DNA of 64,000 nt from an uncultured Verrucomicrobiae bacterium. Its GTDB lineage: Bacteria; Verrucomicrobiota; Verrucomicrobiia; Chthoniobacterales; UBA10450. The stretch spans positions 55,295 through 119,294 of the forward strand of contig CAVZNJ010000019.1 in assembly GCA_963776615.1 (NCBI GenBank), given 5' to 3'. The position numbers and the translations under genes were made by a program. The notes beneath the pieces are model-generated. The model saw only the letters and a program-made list of their open reading frames with translations. It searched no databases and was not told the DNA's origin. Below are positions 1 to 10,600 of the stretch, in pieces (positions within the stretch are counted from its first letter, which is position 1; the number at the start of each line of letters is the position of its first letter).

Positions 1-678
1 ATCCTCAATCACAAAGAGAAACGGTTGCCGATCCGAGCAAGCCTTCAGCCATTGCCGCATCGCGCGAAAGGTTTCTTCCCGTTCACGCACGGGAGTTAGG
101 CCCGCCGCGGGATACCGCTCGTCCGGGGCCAGAAACAGAAGCTTTGCGAAAAGCGCGACCAGATCCGCCCGGCCCAGGCCAAAGTCATCGAGGTGCCGCG
201 CGAGCCGGTCGAATCGCGCCGAGGTCGATTCATCACGGTCAAGATTGAGAAAGCGACTAAAGAAGTCCGAAATTGGGAAGAGTCCGGAATTTCGAAAGCG
301 AAGCGAGCAACGCCACTCGACGACTGAACAATCTTGCGAAACGTCCACGGCTTCTGTCTCGGCTCTCGGTACCTTCGCGCTCCCTTGCTCCGTGACGATC
401 TGTTTGATTGTGTGCGCAAGACGCGATTTGCCCAAACCGGGTTCCCCAACGATCAACACCACCTGACCCATCCCTTCTTGAGCCTGCTCCCAGCGATCTC
501 GGAGCAAGCTGACTTCGGTGTCACGACCGGTCAGAGAAGTAAGCGTGAGCGGCGCTGCCGCGCGAATTCCATCTCGACCGGCCGCACTCTCCTGTCGTCT
601 CGCAAGCTGTTTGGGCGTATTCAAGATTCGATGAAAGATCAAAGTTCGCCGGCCATGGGTGTCGCACCGACCCAGATT
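1..678 (-). CDS. P-loop AAA ATPase domain of a large signal-transduction ATPase (partial, leaves window at left edge)
   Basis: Minus frame is open 678->1 (stop at 679-681). It reads ...LTGRDTEVSLLRDRWEQAQEGMGQVVLIVGEPGLGKSRLAHTIKQ...QPFLFVIED, with Walker A GEPGLGKS and a Walker-B-like hhhhED. The only in-frame ATG is 469-471 and no upstream effector domain was found. It is not in the ORF track because it is edge-truncated. Confidence 0.7.
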
Positions 679-900
679 CTATGGAAGCCCAGCCGGGAAA
701 CTATTGGATTTGCTTTTAGTCCGCAACAGTTCTGCGCGGGTCGGAGCAAGGCTTCGTCGTTGAACAGTTTTGTTTTGCCGGATCATGGCCGTGCGCGAAC
801 AAGTCGTTCGGCTCACTGGATGCGAGATGTTTATCCAGGAGGTGATAGTGTTTCCGAGTGCGCGCGTCGAGGCCAAGTTTGGAACCACGCGGAAAGTCCA

Positions 901-1313
901 ATGATCAAGTCTGAAACCAACTGGTGGACCAGAAATTGGAAATGGTTCGTGCCGGCTGGTTGCCCACGATGGGATTTTTCCCGGCTGCCTCGTCGGCTTG
1001 ATCGCCGTGATTGCCTTCAGTGTGATGAAGACGAGCGACGTTTACCGGCAAGCGTTGACGGGCGAAAGCTTTGGACACGGTCGTTGAAGCGCTTGATTCA
1101 CCCATCAAGGATGGCCTGTTCGTCTCGGGCAGCCCAAACGTGAACGGCGCTCCGGGCGAGGCGAACCTGGCTATACCGGGCTCTGGCCCGAAAGGCAAAG
1201 GAACCTTCTATGTAGCGGCGACCAAATCGATCGGGATCTGGAATTAGTCCAGCATCGTCTTGGAAGTGAAACAGACAAAGAGGTGCATCGACATCCTTCA
1301 CGTGAGCAAGTAG
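901..1313 (+). pseudogene. Coa1-family (cytochrome oxidase assembly factor-like) membrane protein, disrupted by 2 frameshifts and an in-frame TAG
   Basis: ATG 901 gives MIKSETNWWTRNWKWFVPAGC. The family continues in other frames: ...GIFPGCLVGLIAVIAFSVMKTSDVYRQALTG / AKALDTVVEALDSPIKDGLFVSGSPNVNGAPGEANLAIPGSGPKGKGTFYVAATKSIGIWN-TAG(1245-1247)-SSIVLEVKQTKRCIDIL. Confidence 0.6.
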
Positions 1314-1334
1314 ACTGGGCGTTTCAAGCGCATT

Positions 1335-1856
1335 TTGCCCGACTCGAGGATTTGCGGCCTGCGCGGCAACAATGCCACCGTGATGAACCGAAAAGAGTCA
1401 GTGCCATTAGCGGTTTTCACAAGGGAATTCCGCATCGCCGACTTTGGCGAGGCGCTTTCCATTTGGAGGACAGCCGAAGGCGTTGAGGTAGCGGAGGGAG
1501 ATTCCGAGCGGGGAGTAAAACAGTATCTCTTGCATAACCCGGGCCTCAGCCGTGTTGCCGTGAGCGGAGAGACGATCGTTGGCGCCGTGCTCTGCGGTCA
1601 CGAGGGCCGTCGCGGTCTGATCTACCATCTGGCGGTCGCACCTGCACACCAGGGAAAGGGGATCGGCCGGCAGTTGCTTCAGGAGTGCATCACTGGCTTG
1701 CGCGGCGTTGGAATCACTCGAGCGCTCATTCTGGTTTCGAGAGAGAACACGAAAGGCCGCTCATTCTGGCTTCGGAACGGTTGGGAAGCCGTTCCCGGAG
1801 CAATGTTGATGGGTCTGGATATCCGAAACCGAAAAATTGACGAGAATTTCTACTAA
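1335..1856 (+). CDS. GNAT family N-acetyltransferase
   Basis: 173-aa ORF. The acetyl-CoA binding region is ...LIYHLAVAPAHQGKGIGRQLLQECI... The more likely start is ATG 1383 (MNRKES...). Confidence 0.8.
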   Translation: MPDSRICGLRGNNATVMNRKESVPLAVFTREFRIADFGEALSIWRTAEGVEVAEGDSERGVKQYLLHNPGLSRVAVSGETIVGAVLCGHEGRRGLIYHLAVAPAHQGKGIGRQLLQECITGLRGVGITRALILVSRENTKGRSFWLRNGWEAVPGAMLMGLDIRNRKIDENFY

Positions 1857-2021
1857 CAACGGCGGAGCATCCGACGGCCGGCTGGCTATCAGCTTTGGAA
1901 CCGACTCGTCCGCATCCTGTTCATGTGAAGAGAGTTTGAGGCTTCTCCACCGGGGACAGACGAGCGTTTTGCAGAGTGAATCATGGCCGCTGGCAATCTC
2001 GACCAGTTTTAGGACAGCGTC

Positions 2022-2394
2022 TCATCCCAGTGCTTCCACGACTTTCTGAAAGCGGGGGTGGCTGCGCAAAGGGGCCAAGGTCGAATCGTGCTGTATCCAA
2101 TCCTTGCACCGCCCGCCGAGTGCCACGACACGTTCGAGGATGTCGAGTGCGTCCCCCTTTTCGCCCAGTCCGGTGTAGCAACACGCCACGTTGTATAACG
2201 TGATTGGATCATTCGGCTCAATCGCGAGGGCGCGGGCGATCCAGGTCGTCGCGGGGCGGCGACCAGTGAGGCGCAGCCAGCGCCGTGACGGCGGAAAATG
2301 CATATGCGGCGACAGCGGCGACCACGGCGGCCCGGCCAAACGGTCTGCGACACCTTGACTGTCGGATGATTGAAATGGAACGAGTTGGCTTCAT
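2022..2394 (-). pseudogene. small membrane-anchored TPR protein, probable frameshift
   Basis: The C-terminal frame (2022-2339) reads ...ALAIEPNDPITLYNVACCYTGLGEKGDALDILERV...SHPRFQKVVEAL (TPR). A hydrophobic N-terminus MKPTRS...GRAAVVAAVAAYAFSAV starts at ATG 2394 in another frame. Confidence 0.4.
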
Positions 2395-2670
2395 GAAACA
2401 ATTTCCGTGTCACGAAGCGGACACGCTCTGCGATGTTGGCGAAACATTGGTCTTTTTTTTGCTTGGCCTTACCTGCCAAAAAGGAGGCGACTTCTTGTCA
2501 CTGACGGATAAGAAAGCAAGCTGTGTAGAATCTCTGGATGGCAGGAACAAATCCGCGAATCCCACCCCCGATCATTGGTCAACAAAGTGCTGCATAGGCC
2601 TATTCCTCGACAAAGAAATGCCCCCGCACCCGAAGGCGCGAGGGCATCTTCCCACAAAGAAGTGGACGAC

Positions 2671-3835
2671 TTAGTCGTGATCGATTTCGTAAACCTCGAT
2701 CAAGGCAATGCCCGTCGAGTCATTAGCTCCGGTCACGATCGCCGTGTAGGCGCCCGGCTCGAGTCGGTACGAGGATGCTCGCTTCGCTCGGGTCCGACGG
2801 AGGGATGGTTGTCGCGATGATGTCATCGGAGTTGGATTCACTCTGCCAATCATCATTCGATCTCAGTTCCGTCGCGCCGCTCATGAGCTTTAGCACCGGA
2901 TTCTGCAGCACAGGGGTCACACCCTGGCTCGCCAGCGAAGGACCGAGCGCGCGGACGAGAACCAGTTTCGGCCCGCCGGTGATAATGAAACCACCGATTA
3001 ACTGCCCCAGGCCCGTGTTCACGAAGCCGCGGGTTGAGATGTTCGCAAGGTGGTTCTCCGAAGATTCCTGCGGAGCCCGAAAGGAGTATGTCACGCCCGC
3101 TAGGGTAAAGTCACCAAGCTGCGCGCCATGTCCGAAGGTGAGATTGCCGGTAACGGCTTCACCACTCAGGAGAGTTAGCGAGAAGGTCGCATTCGGGTGA
3201 TCATCATTGAGATCCTCGTTGAAGTCTTCCAAATCATCCGCGTCCTGGCCGTGATCATCACCCGGAGGATCATCATTACCGTGTTTGTTGATGCTCATCG
3301 TCGCAGCGGGTGGCGTTATCGTTACATTGCCGAAGCCGCCACGCACAGTGCTGGCATCCTCGACGATGAAGAAGATCTGATTCTGTGAATCGATGACCAT
3401 CTTGATATCCAAAGTGTCGCCGGCAACGCTGCTCGCCACACCGGTGAAGCGCCCTGGTATGTCATCGCTGGCTCCAAAGCTCGAAGTGCGATTCGCCGTC
3501 ACGCTCTGGCCCGCGACGGTCGCGCTTACCGAGTCGTCATCCAATTTGGACGAGTCGTCGTGGACCGAGCCGGTAATTGTATCGCCGGCGCTGGTCGTGA
3601 CAGAAAAGGATCCGTCGTCAGCAATGGCGCCGCCCGCGAAACTGGCCGTCGTCGTCGCCACGTTAAACACGTAGACCGACAGGGCATGGTTTCCCTGGAC
3701 GAAGAAGACGACCTTGCCGCCGCCGGAGAGATCAGCTTCAAACAAACCACGATGGCTTTCTTCCGCACGCCCCGGTTCTGTGAAAGCGAACAGCAAGCCG
3801 AGGAACAATAGGAAACGAGTCAAATGTGTTTTCAT
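2671..3835 (-). pseudogene. secreted protein with Asp-rich linker and one C-terminal 'NISTR' module; frameshift near 2772
   Basis: Signal peptide MKTHLTRFLLFLGLLFAFTEPGRAEE. The C-terminus reads LANISTRGFVNTG..LIGGFIITG...VRALGPSL...NDDW...PPSDPSEASILV. It continues in the frame of ORF 2671-2856 as RLEPGAYTAIVTGANDSTGIALIEVYEIDHD, matching the ends of the paralogous modules. Confidence 0.75.
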
Positions 3836-3967
3836 GCGGGCACAATATTGGAACGAACTGCGCCCTGCGAATCGGCAATGGTTTCACGGTTGTAACCTTT
3901 CCAGCGCCCCAATTTCGTTCGTTAGGCCAGAGGGAAATCAGCCGGAACAAACCGGTCAGGTCCGTCC

Positions 3968-4312
3968 TTAACCCGGCGGCAACGACTCACGGACCGCAAT
4001 CACATAGGCTTCGACCGCGGCCTGATCTCGCGGCTTTAGACCGGCCCGGGGCGCCATAATGCTCAGGTAATGCCGCCACTGCGCGGGCGTGTAATTGGCG
4101 ATGGTGCGAGCCACATGACACTCCGTGCAACTGGTGGTGTAAATCTTCCGCCCTCGTTCGAGTGTCGCGATGTCTGCGCCCTCTCCACGACCGATGCGCG
4201 CGGCGACTGCGTGCGCGGTCGGAAAGGCTGTCCCCGGGCTGCTTTCGCAGCTCCCAAGGGCCAAAATGCAGAGCAAACCAAAAAGACCCCCCCGTGTGGT
4301 GCAAGTGTTCAT
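3968..4312 (-). CDS. small lipoprotein with one c-type haem motif (CxxCH)
   Basis: Lipobox-like N-terminus ...LCILALGSCESS. Motif CTECH followed by ...YTPAQWRHYLSIMAPRAGL. Confidence 0.65.
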   Translation of the reverse strand: MNTCTTRGGLFGLLCILALGSCESSPGTAFPTAHAVAARIGRGEGADIATLERGRKIYTTSCTECHVARTIANYTPAQWRHYLSIMAPRAGLKPRDQAAVEAYVIAVRESLPPG

Positions 4313-4315
4313 CGA

Positions 4316-5095
4316 CTAAAAGCTGAAGCCGAAGATCAGACGCGTCTGCACGTCCACTTCCGAGGCAACGTCAGTGAGTTGAACGAGGGGCGTCACTGTC
4401 GCCCACCAATTGCCGTGCCGATAAGAAATGTTGGGACCGCCATAGACAATTGAGTCACCTGGCTCCGACCAATTTGGCAGATCAATCTCATGGAGAAATT
4501 CCGCGCCGACCAGCAACGCAGGTGAGACCTCGTAGCTGACGCCGAGCGACTGCGAGACCTCCCCGCCTCTTTCTTCCAGTCGGTCGCCTTCCCACTTTGC
4601 CTCGAATGTCCCGTTATAGGCGACGACACAGCGACCGAGATTTTTCTGCAGGATGATTTTCGATTCCAGCTCCAACTCCTCCGGTCCACCACGGACCTCG
4701 CCGTAAAGCGCCGAACCGAGCAGATCCGTGGTTGGGTTGGACAGGTTATAGATCAACTCAAGCGCGGAGGTCTGATAACTGAACCCGTGTTCATGCGCCG
4801 TCGGGTCTTCCCGGTAGCCCCAGTCGGCGAGATAAAGGCCAATCTGAAAATGCTCCGTCACGCCGAATTCAATCTCATTTCTGAGATCAACCGCGTTGAA
4901 GCGCCGCTCCTCCTCGGGGCTGGTAGCCCACGTGATCCAGTTCTCTGATTCCACGCTTCCAGGGGCGGCGGTAGTCGCTTCGTAGACGTAAGTGAACCGG
5001 CGCGCCCCCGCTTCGGCGCTGCTGACCGCGACAAGATGTAGTGCAGCCAGACACGCGGCGATGAGCGATATCGGGACGATTCGGAATTTCTCCAT
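4316..5095 (-). CDS. outer-membrane beta-barrel protein (unknown family)
   Basis: Signal peptide ...LHLVAVSSAEA, alternating amphipathic strands and a terminal ...RLIFGFSF (C-terminal Phe). It lies 3 nt upstream of the haem lipoprotein gene on the same strand. Confidence 0.65.
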   Translation of the reverse strand: MEKFRIVPISLIAACLAALHLVAVSSAEAGARRFTYVYEATTAAPGSVESENWITWATSPEEERRFNAVDLRNEIEFGVTEHFQIGLYLADWGYREDPTAHEHGFSYQTSALELIYNLSNPTTDLLGSALYGEVRGGPEELELESKIILQKNLGRCVVAYNGTFEAKWEGDRLEERGGEVSQSLGVSYEVSPALLVGAEFLHEIDLPNWSEPGDSIVYGGPNISYRHGNWWATVTPLVQLTDVASEVDVQTRLIFGFSF

Positions 5096-5288
5096 GCGCC
5101 GATCCTAGCAGCCCATCAGCGGGTCCGCTGTCGCACAGTTGCCAATTTTTAGCGCACGATTGCGCAGGTCCCTTCGCGTCACGCGGCGCGCTGCCCCGTC
5201 GCGGGTTTTGGCCTCAGGTAAAACACTCTCTATTACGTGATGTACCCGTGACTGAGTTCGCTTCGTTAGGCATGCCAGCCCGCTGAAC

Positions 5289-6569
5289 TCAAGGCGTCAG
5301 GGCAAAGACGGTACCGGTTCCGTTCAACCCGCCCTCCGACGTGGTGCCGTAGCATCGCATTGCTCCGCCGCACCAGCCGTGACAAGGGGCGAAAGCCGTC
5401 AGGTCCGCCGAACGAGTGAAGTACGGTCTCTGTCCATGGATCGCCCTTGTTTACCGGAGGATTAAGCCGAAATATAACTCCTCCGGAGAGGGGACCGCTA
5501 CCCCCGGTGGAGGCGGTTCCGAAGAGCCTGCCGTTGCTGTTGAAAATGACCCCGGCTACGGGGTTACCCCCATCTCTGCTGCCTCCGGAAAAATTGAATA
5601 GAACACTCTGACTCCAAGAAGCACCGAGCCCGATGACGGGGCAAGCTGGAAGACCGTGCCTTCCTGTAGTGAACCTCCACCATCGGTGGTTCCATAAAGC
5701 TCGCCGGTTTGGTCGAACTGCAATTGGCCAGAGGGCAGGGTTCCATCGGGCCCACTGAACGAAAATATGACTGTCTCCGTCCACGATTCTCCTTCGGCGG
5801 CTGGCGGAGAGAGTTGATATACTGCTCCCAAATTGTTGGCGCCCCCTAACAAGGTCACTCCATAAAGATTTCCTGCCTGGTCCGCGATCAATCCACCCGA
5901 AGGAAACGCCGCATCACCTGAGCCGGCAAAGCTGTAAAGGATTGTTTCGCTCCAGTTAGTTCCACCACCAACTGGAGGCGTCACTAGAAAAACCGTTCCG
6001 AAGCCATGGTCGCCTCCCTCGCGGGTGACACCATAAAATCCGGGATTTGCAGGCAGCAATCCGGCATTCGGAATCGCTCCATCACCGGCCGAGCTGCCAA
6101 AGCTGTAAAGAACCCGCTCCTTCCACGGATCGTCGGGATTCTGGGGCGGTTTTACTCCAAATACAGTGCCCATGTTATGCGCGCCACCTTCCTCAGTCGT
6201 GCCAAATAATCCCCCCGAAGGAGAAATGGTCAGGGAACTCACGGGCACTGCGCCATCCGGTTGTCCCGCAAACTTGTGCAGCACCGACTCAGTCCACGGC
6301 GCGCCTCCGCCCTCCGGCGGCGTCAAGCTGTAAACGATGCCGTTTCCATTCACGCCGCCGATGGTAGTGCCGTAAAGGTTGCCCTGCTGGTCGAACACCA
6401 CGCCGGCTTGGGGATTCTGCCCATCGTGGCTAGAGCCAAAGTCGTGGAGGGTCGTAAGCGTTTGAGCAACGGCTCCGGTTCCACCCAGGAGAATTACGCT
6501 CAGCGCCAGGCTGACGGCTCCGACAAATAGAGCCATTTCTTTTTTTCGTCTGTTGTTGTTTGTCTTCAT
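5289..6569 (-). pseudogene. secreted GloVer (Gloeo_Verruco) tandem-repeat protein, at least 2 frameshifts
   Basis: Signal peptide plus repeats of type LHxFGGxxDGxxPxAGLxxDxxGNLYGTTxxGGxxGxGTVFxLxP across ORFs 5556-6569 and 5266-5784. The last repeat is restored only in a third frame (...YGTTSEGGLNGTGTVFALTP, stop 5289-5291). Confidence 0.75.
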
Positions 6570-6874
6570 CGTCTCATTCCTTTGTTTATTGTTTTGGGGT
6601 TTTTAAAGTAGCCGAGCTCCAACCCTCGTTCCGTGGTCGAGAGTCTGCGACTGAGATGGAGCCTCGATTTCATTTCGGCGAGTCTCGCGACTGCAAATAA
6701 GATGTTTTTTCGAAAAACATAATCAGGCTCAATCCGCCGTGGTCCCGCAATGTGAGTTTCGAGCATGAGGCATCCTTTCACTGTAACGCTGCACTACTGA
6801 CATGACGGCATTCTCGGCGGAAAGCAGCCAGCTGGATCCGGAGTAGTCGGGTTTTCGCAGGGTTCGAGTGGCTC

Positions 6875-7858
6875 TTAACGAGGAAATGTTGCGGCGTAGA
6901 CTTTGTTGTTGCCGAAGCCGAGAAACCAGACACTCCGTCCCGTGCCGGCTGTGATACCGGTCGGTTCGGCAAAGCGAAACTCATTCGACTCAGTCACAAC
7001 CCCATCCGTCGTCATGCTGGCAATCTTATTTGCACCAAATTCGGTAAAGAGAAGTGTGTTACGAGGGCCGCGGGCGATCTGCTCCGGCCATTGCGGCGTT
7101 GGGAAAAAAGTGATGTCACCGCTTGGCGTGATCCGGCCGATCATCGGACTGAAGGCCAGCGTGAACCAGACATTGCCGTCGGACCCGTCGGTGATCGAGC
7201 GAGGGTTATCGATGCCGCTGCCGAATTCTGTGATGATTCCGCTGGTCGTAATCCGCCCGATCTTGGCCCCGGCCCGCTCGGTAAACCAAAGGTTTCCGTC
7301 CGCTCCGGCGGTGATCCCTTCGGGCGTTGAATTCGGTGTCGGCACCTGGAACTTCATGAGGGTCTGTGCGGCCAGATCATAGCGCCAGATGTTGTTGCCC
7401 GTTTCGTCCGTAAACCAAATGTTGCCATCGGGGCCGGTGGTGATGCCACCCGCCGCGTCAAAAAGCGAGAACTGAATTTCGGTTATCTCGCCTGACGGCG
7501 TGATAAAGGCGATCTGCCCGGCCGAGCCTTCGGTGAACCAGACGTTGCCGTCGGGACCCGGAGTGATGGCGAAGGGATTGCTACTGGTCGGAGTAGCGAA
7601 CTCGGTAATCACACCCTGCGGAGTAATACGAGCGACCTGACTGCTATTCTGGAGCGTAAACCAGAAGTTGCCGTCCGCTCCCTGTATAATCGAGATCGGC
7701 TGGCTAGCCCCGCCCGGGATAGGCAAAGCTCGTGCTTGCGCTCTCGAAGCCGCCCCTATTGAAAGGGCAACTAGAATGCAAGCAATGACAAGCCTAGGAC
7801 GCAAAAGAGTGCCAAGTTCTGTATTCGACGCGTTGGAAACAGCCCAAGTTGATTTCAT
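6875..7858 (-). CDS. Vgb-like (virginiamycin B lyase family) beta-propeller protein, secreted
   Basis: About 7 repeats of GxDGNxWFTE....IxRITxxGxITEF. The likely start is ATG 7858 (MKSTWAVS...), followed by a signal peptide. Confidence 0.7.
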   Translation of the reverse strand: MKSTWAVSNASNTELGTLLRPRLVIACILVALSIGAASRAQARALPIPGGASQPISIIQGADGNFWFTLQNSSQVARITPQGVITEFATPTSSNPFAITPGPDGNVWFTEGSAGQIAFITPSGEITEIQFSLFDAAGGITTGPDGNIWFTDETGNNIWRYDLAAQTLMKFQVPTPNSTPEGITAGADGNLWFTERAGAKIGRITTSGIITEFGSGIDNPRSITDGSDGNVWFTLAFSPMIGRITPSGDITFFPTPQWPEQIARGPRNTLLFTEFGANKIASMTTDGVVTESNEFRFAEPTGITAGTGRSVWFLGFGNNKVYAATFPR

Positions 7859-8202
7859 GTCGCCACTATCCGCGGACCTGGATCCAGGAGCGACCCATAA
7901 AAAGTAACGCGACTGTAACTTTTGCGCGCCTTGGGCAAAGTGGAATTGCAGCAGGCCCATCCGTCGACGACCATCCATCATGAACAGAAAAGACGATTCG
8001 CTGCGTCTCGGAATTATTGCCAGTGTCGGCGCCGAAGGCCGTGACGAAGAACGACCGCAAACCTTAGCGCGAGCGTCGTAAGATCAGATCTGCCGAGGCG
8101 GGAACGGAGTTGCCGTCACCCTCACGGCCGATCTCCAGCGGGCGAAGCGAGGAGTCCTGTTCGAATGGGGCTTCAACAACGACGGTATCTTTGCTACCGG
8201 GC

Positions 8203-8461
8203 CTAGAGCCTGTCATTCATTTTGGAACAGAGCGTTCGGCATAGGGTAAGGAAAGCCAACCAGTGAAGTCCGGCGAGGGAAGTGGGCAGTCTTTCATAGT
8301 CTCGGACGAGCCGGCGGAAACGAGTGGCCCAAGACTTGCGCCAGCTCGCCCAGAGTCGAAGGGCAAGAAGTGAAGACCATTCGGCGCGGGCGAATTGTTC
8401 TGGCCCTTGGCCAAGGAGGGTCGTTGCGCAAGGTTGGCGCGCGGGAGCAATGCAGTGTCAA
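8203..8461 (-). mobile_element. IS5/IS4-type DDE transposase C-terminal remnant
   Basis: A minus frame reads ...RLWASWRKSWATRFRRLVRDYERLPTSLAGLHWLAFLTL..., which matches the characteristic tail (..ERxFxWLxxFRRLxxxYERxxxxxxxxxxLAxxxL) of these transposases. No catalytic domain or inverted repeats were found. Confidence 0.5.
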
Positions 8462-8591
8462 TACCGGTAAGGTTGCTGACCTTTATGAAATTTGTCCTTC
8501 GCATGTTAGGCCGCGTGCCGTTTGACGATATCGTAACTACTTTCCTTCGGCCGCCCGAATCGACAGAAAGGCGCCCAAGGAACTTTTGTCG

Positions 8592-9938
8592 TTAGGCCGA
8601 CTGTGGCAGGCGGACATGCAACTCGGTCCAGGCGGCATCCGAACGGAGGAGCGAGATTTCTCCGCCATGCGCACGGGCCAGCTCGCGCGCTGTGCTCAAG
8701 CCCAGTCCGCTGCCGCCGACGCGTTCGTCCCCGACCGCGCGATAAAAGCGCTCAAAAAGGTTGGGGACACGCTCAGGCGGGATTCCGGCACCGGTGTTTC
8801 CGAAATCGACTTCGACTGCGCCGTTGACTGAACGAGCGGACACCCGGATGCGCCCGCCGCGCTTGTTGTATTTGATGGCGTTTTCGAGAAGGTTCTGCGC
8901 GATGATTCCGACAAAGACGCGATCTGCCGCAAGCGGCAAGTCGGGCGGAACATCTCTTTCCACCGTAAGCTCGAGGGGCTCGGCCAGCGCGACCGCGTCA
9001 TCGAGCACGCCTTCGAGCACTTCGCTGAGATTGAATTGCTCACGATGCACGTAGAGCCGGCCGGCATCGGCGCGCGCGAGAAGAAGGAGAGTGTCCGCGA
9101 CGGAATTGAGCTGGTGAATACGATGGAGCAATCCCTCCGCCGTCGCCTGAGTTCGCGGGTTATCGGATTCCATGAGAATTTCTTCAATCCCGGCGCGCAT
9201 GACAGCGATCGGCGTTTTGAGGTGGTGGGACGCATCGGCCGAGAAGCGCACCGATTGCTCAAAGCTCCGTTGCAATCGTTCGAAGGCAGCGTTGAGCACT
9301 TCGATCAGGCCCGCGACCTCGTCACCGGTGGGCGGCACCGGCAGCCGCTTGTCGAGTCGCTGCGCGGTGATCTGCGCCGCTGCCTGGCGGATTTCTTCGA
9401 CTGGCGCGACCGCTTTGCTCGCGACCCAGCGACTTCCGATCACAATCACGACCAACACCGTCGGCACGGCGACGAGCAAACCGCGAAAAATATCGTGGCC
9501 GATCTGGTTGATCTGCATGAGTTCAGCGCCAACCCGCAGAGTCAAGCCGTTCTCGGTGAACTCACCCATTCGGACGTTGCGACCGCTGATTCGGCGCGTA
9601 TGAAAGTCGCGGATGCCATCGCTGGAGAGTGGCTCTCGCAGCCCGGGCGAGAGATAGACCATCTTTCCCTTCGCATCGGTCACCTCGACGAGTCGTTGAC
9701 GTAGGGCGAGCGGGATAAAGATTTCGCTAAACAGACGGCCCTTGGAAGCAGGGTCACGCTGGAAATGCTCGACGTCGCGGAAAAGCTCGTGCGCGTCCAT
9801 CGTTAGGCGCTGATCGAAGGCCGCGATTTCCTCGTGCCGCATCACCGTCCAGGTAGTGACGGCGCCGGCGAGCGTAGCCGTCATCGCGAGGAGAGCGGCG
9901 TAAAGCGCCAGCTTCCAGCGCAGGGGCCATTTCTTCAT
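8592..9938 (-). CDS. sensor histidine kinase (HAMP-HisKA-HATPase)
   Basis: MKKWPLRWKLALYAALLA (TM), a second TM, H-box ...FSADASHHLKTPI..., N/G boxes ...NAIKYN..., ...GSGLGLS... The start overlaps the regulator stop (ATGA, 9935-9938). The stop TAA lies inside the recurrent word. Confidence 0.9.
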   Translation of the reverse strand: MKKWPLRWKLALYAALLAMTATLAGAVTTWTVMRHEEIAAFDQRLTMDAHELFRDVEHFQRDPASKGRLFSEIFIPLALRQRLVEVTDAKGKMVYLSPGLREPLSSDGIRDFHTRRISGRNVRMGEFTENGLTLRVGAELMQINQIGHDIFRGLLVAVPTVLVVIVIGSRWVASKAVAPVEEIRQAAAQITAQRLDKRLPVPPTGDEVAGLIEVLNAAFERLQRSFEQSVRFSADASHHLKTPIAVMRAGIEEILMESDNPRTQATAEGLLHRIHQLNSVADTLLLLARADAGRLYVHREQFNLSEVLEGVLDDAVALAEPLELTVERDVPPDLPLAADRVFVGIIAQNLLENAIKYNKRGGRIRVSARSVNGAVEVDFGNTGAGIPPERVPNLFERFYRAVGDERVGGSGLGLSTARELARAHGGEISLLRSDAAWTELHVRLPQSA

Positions 9939-10600
9939 TGTTCCTTGTGAATCGTGTAGCCGAGATGCCGCACGGTGCGGATGAGCGGTGGCGAGTCGAT
10001 CTTGCGGCGCAGTCGGCTGATGAAAACCTCGACCAATTTCATGTCGTAATCGTGCTCCCGATCCCACACTTTCTCGCAAAGCTCCGTCCGCGTAAAGACC
10101 CGGCCGGGTTCACGCATCAGCACGCGGAGCAAGGTCAGCTCGCGGACTGAAAGATCGATCTTGCGCCTCCCGCGATGGAGTTCATTGTTCGTCAGATCCA
10201 GAACCAGATCGTCGACCCGGAGTTCGATCAGGGGTTTCTCTGCATAACGGCGCCCGAGTGCGGCAACGCGCGCAATCAACTCCTGCATCGCGAACGGCTT
10301 CGCCAGATAATCATCAGCCCCGAGAGCGAGTCCGCTTACCCGATCGCTTAACTCGCCGCGCGCAGTCAAGACGATGACACGGCTGTCGACGCGCGCTTTG
10401 CGCAATCCACGGAGGACTTCAAATCCGTCCATTCCCGGAAGCATAATGTCGAGCACGATCAAGTCGTAGCGTCTCGCTACGGCAGCACGCAATCCCGACT
10501 CGCCATCGTGCAAAGCCTCCGGTTCGTGACCGGCGTTGCTGAGCGCACGGAGAATATGGCGCGCGAGTCTCACCTCATCTTCTATGATCAGGATATGCAT
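9935..10600 (-). CDS. OmpR/PhoB-family response regulator
   Basis: MHILIIEDEVRLARH...DLIVLDIMLPGMDG... receiver plus a winged-helix C-terminus ...LTLLRVLMREPGRVFTRTELCEKVWD...VEVFISRLRRKID. The start is taken at ATG 10600. Confidence 0.9.
   Translation of the reverse strand: MHILIIEDEVRLARHILRALSNAGHEPEALHDGESGLRAAVARRYDLIVLDIMLPGMDGFEVLRGLRKARVDSRVIVLTARGELSDRVSGLALGADDYLAKPFAMQELIARVAALGRRYAEKPLIELRVDDLVLDLTNNELHRGRRKIDLSVRELTLLRVLMREPGRVFTRTELCEKVWDREHDYDMKLVEVFISRLRRKIDSPPLIRTVRHLGYTIHKEQ

Noticed and set aside
96-1143. ORFs 96-449(-), 245-466(+) and 334-1143(+) from the track
   Set aside because: They overlap the well-supported AAA ATPase frame (1-678, minus) or the Coa1-like gene and have no protein-like features. 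The 334-1143 ORF only partly coincides with one Coa1 frame.
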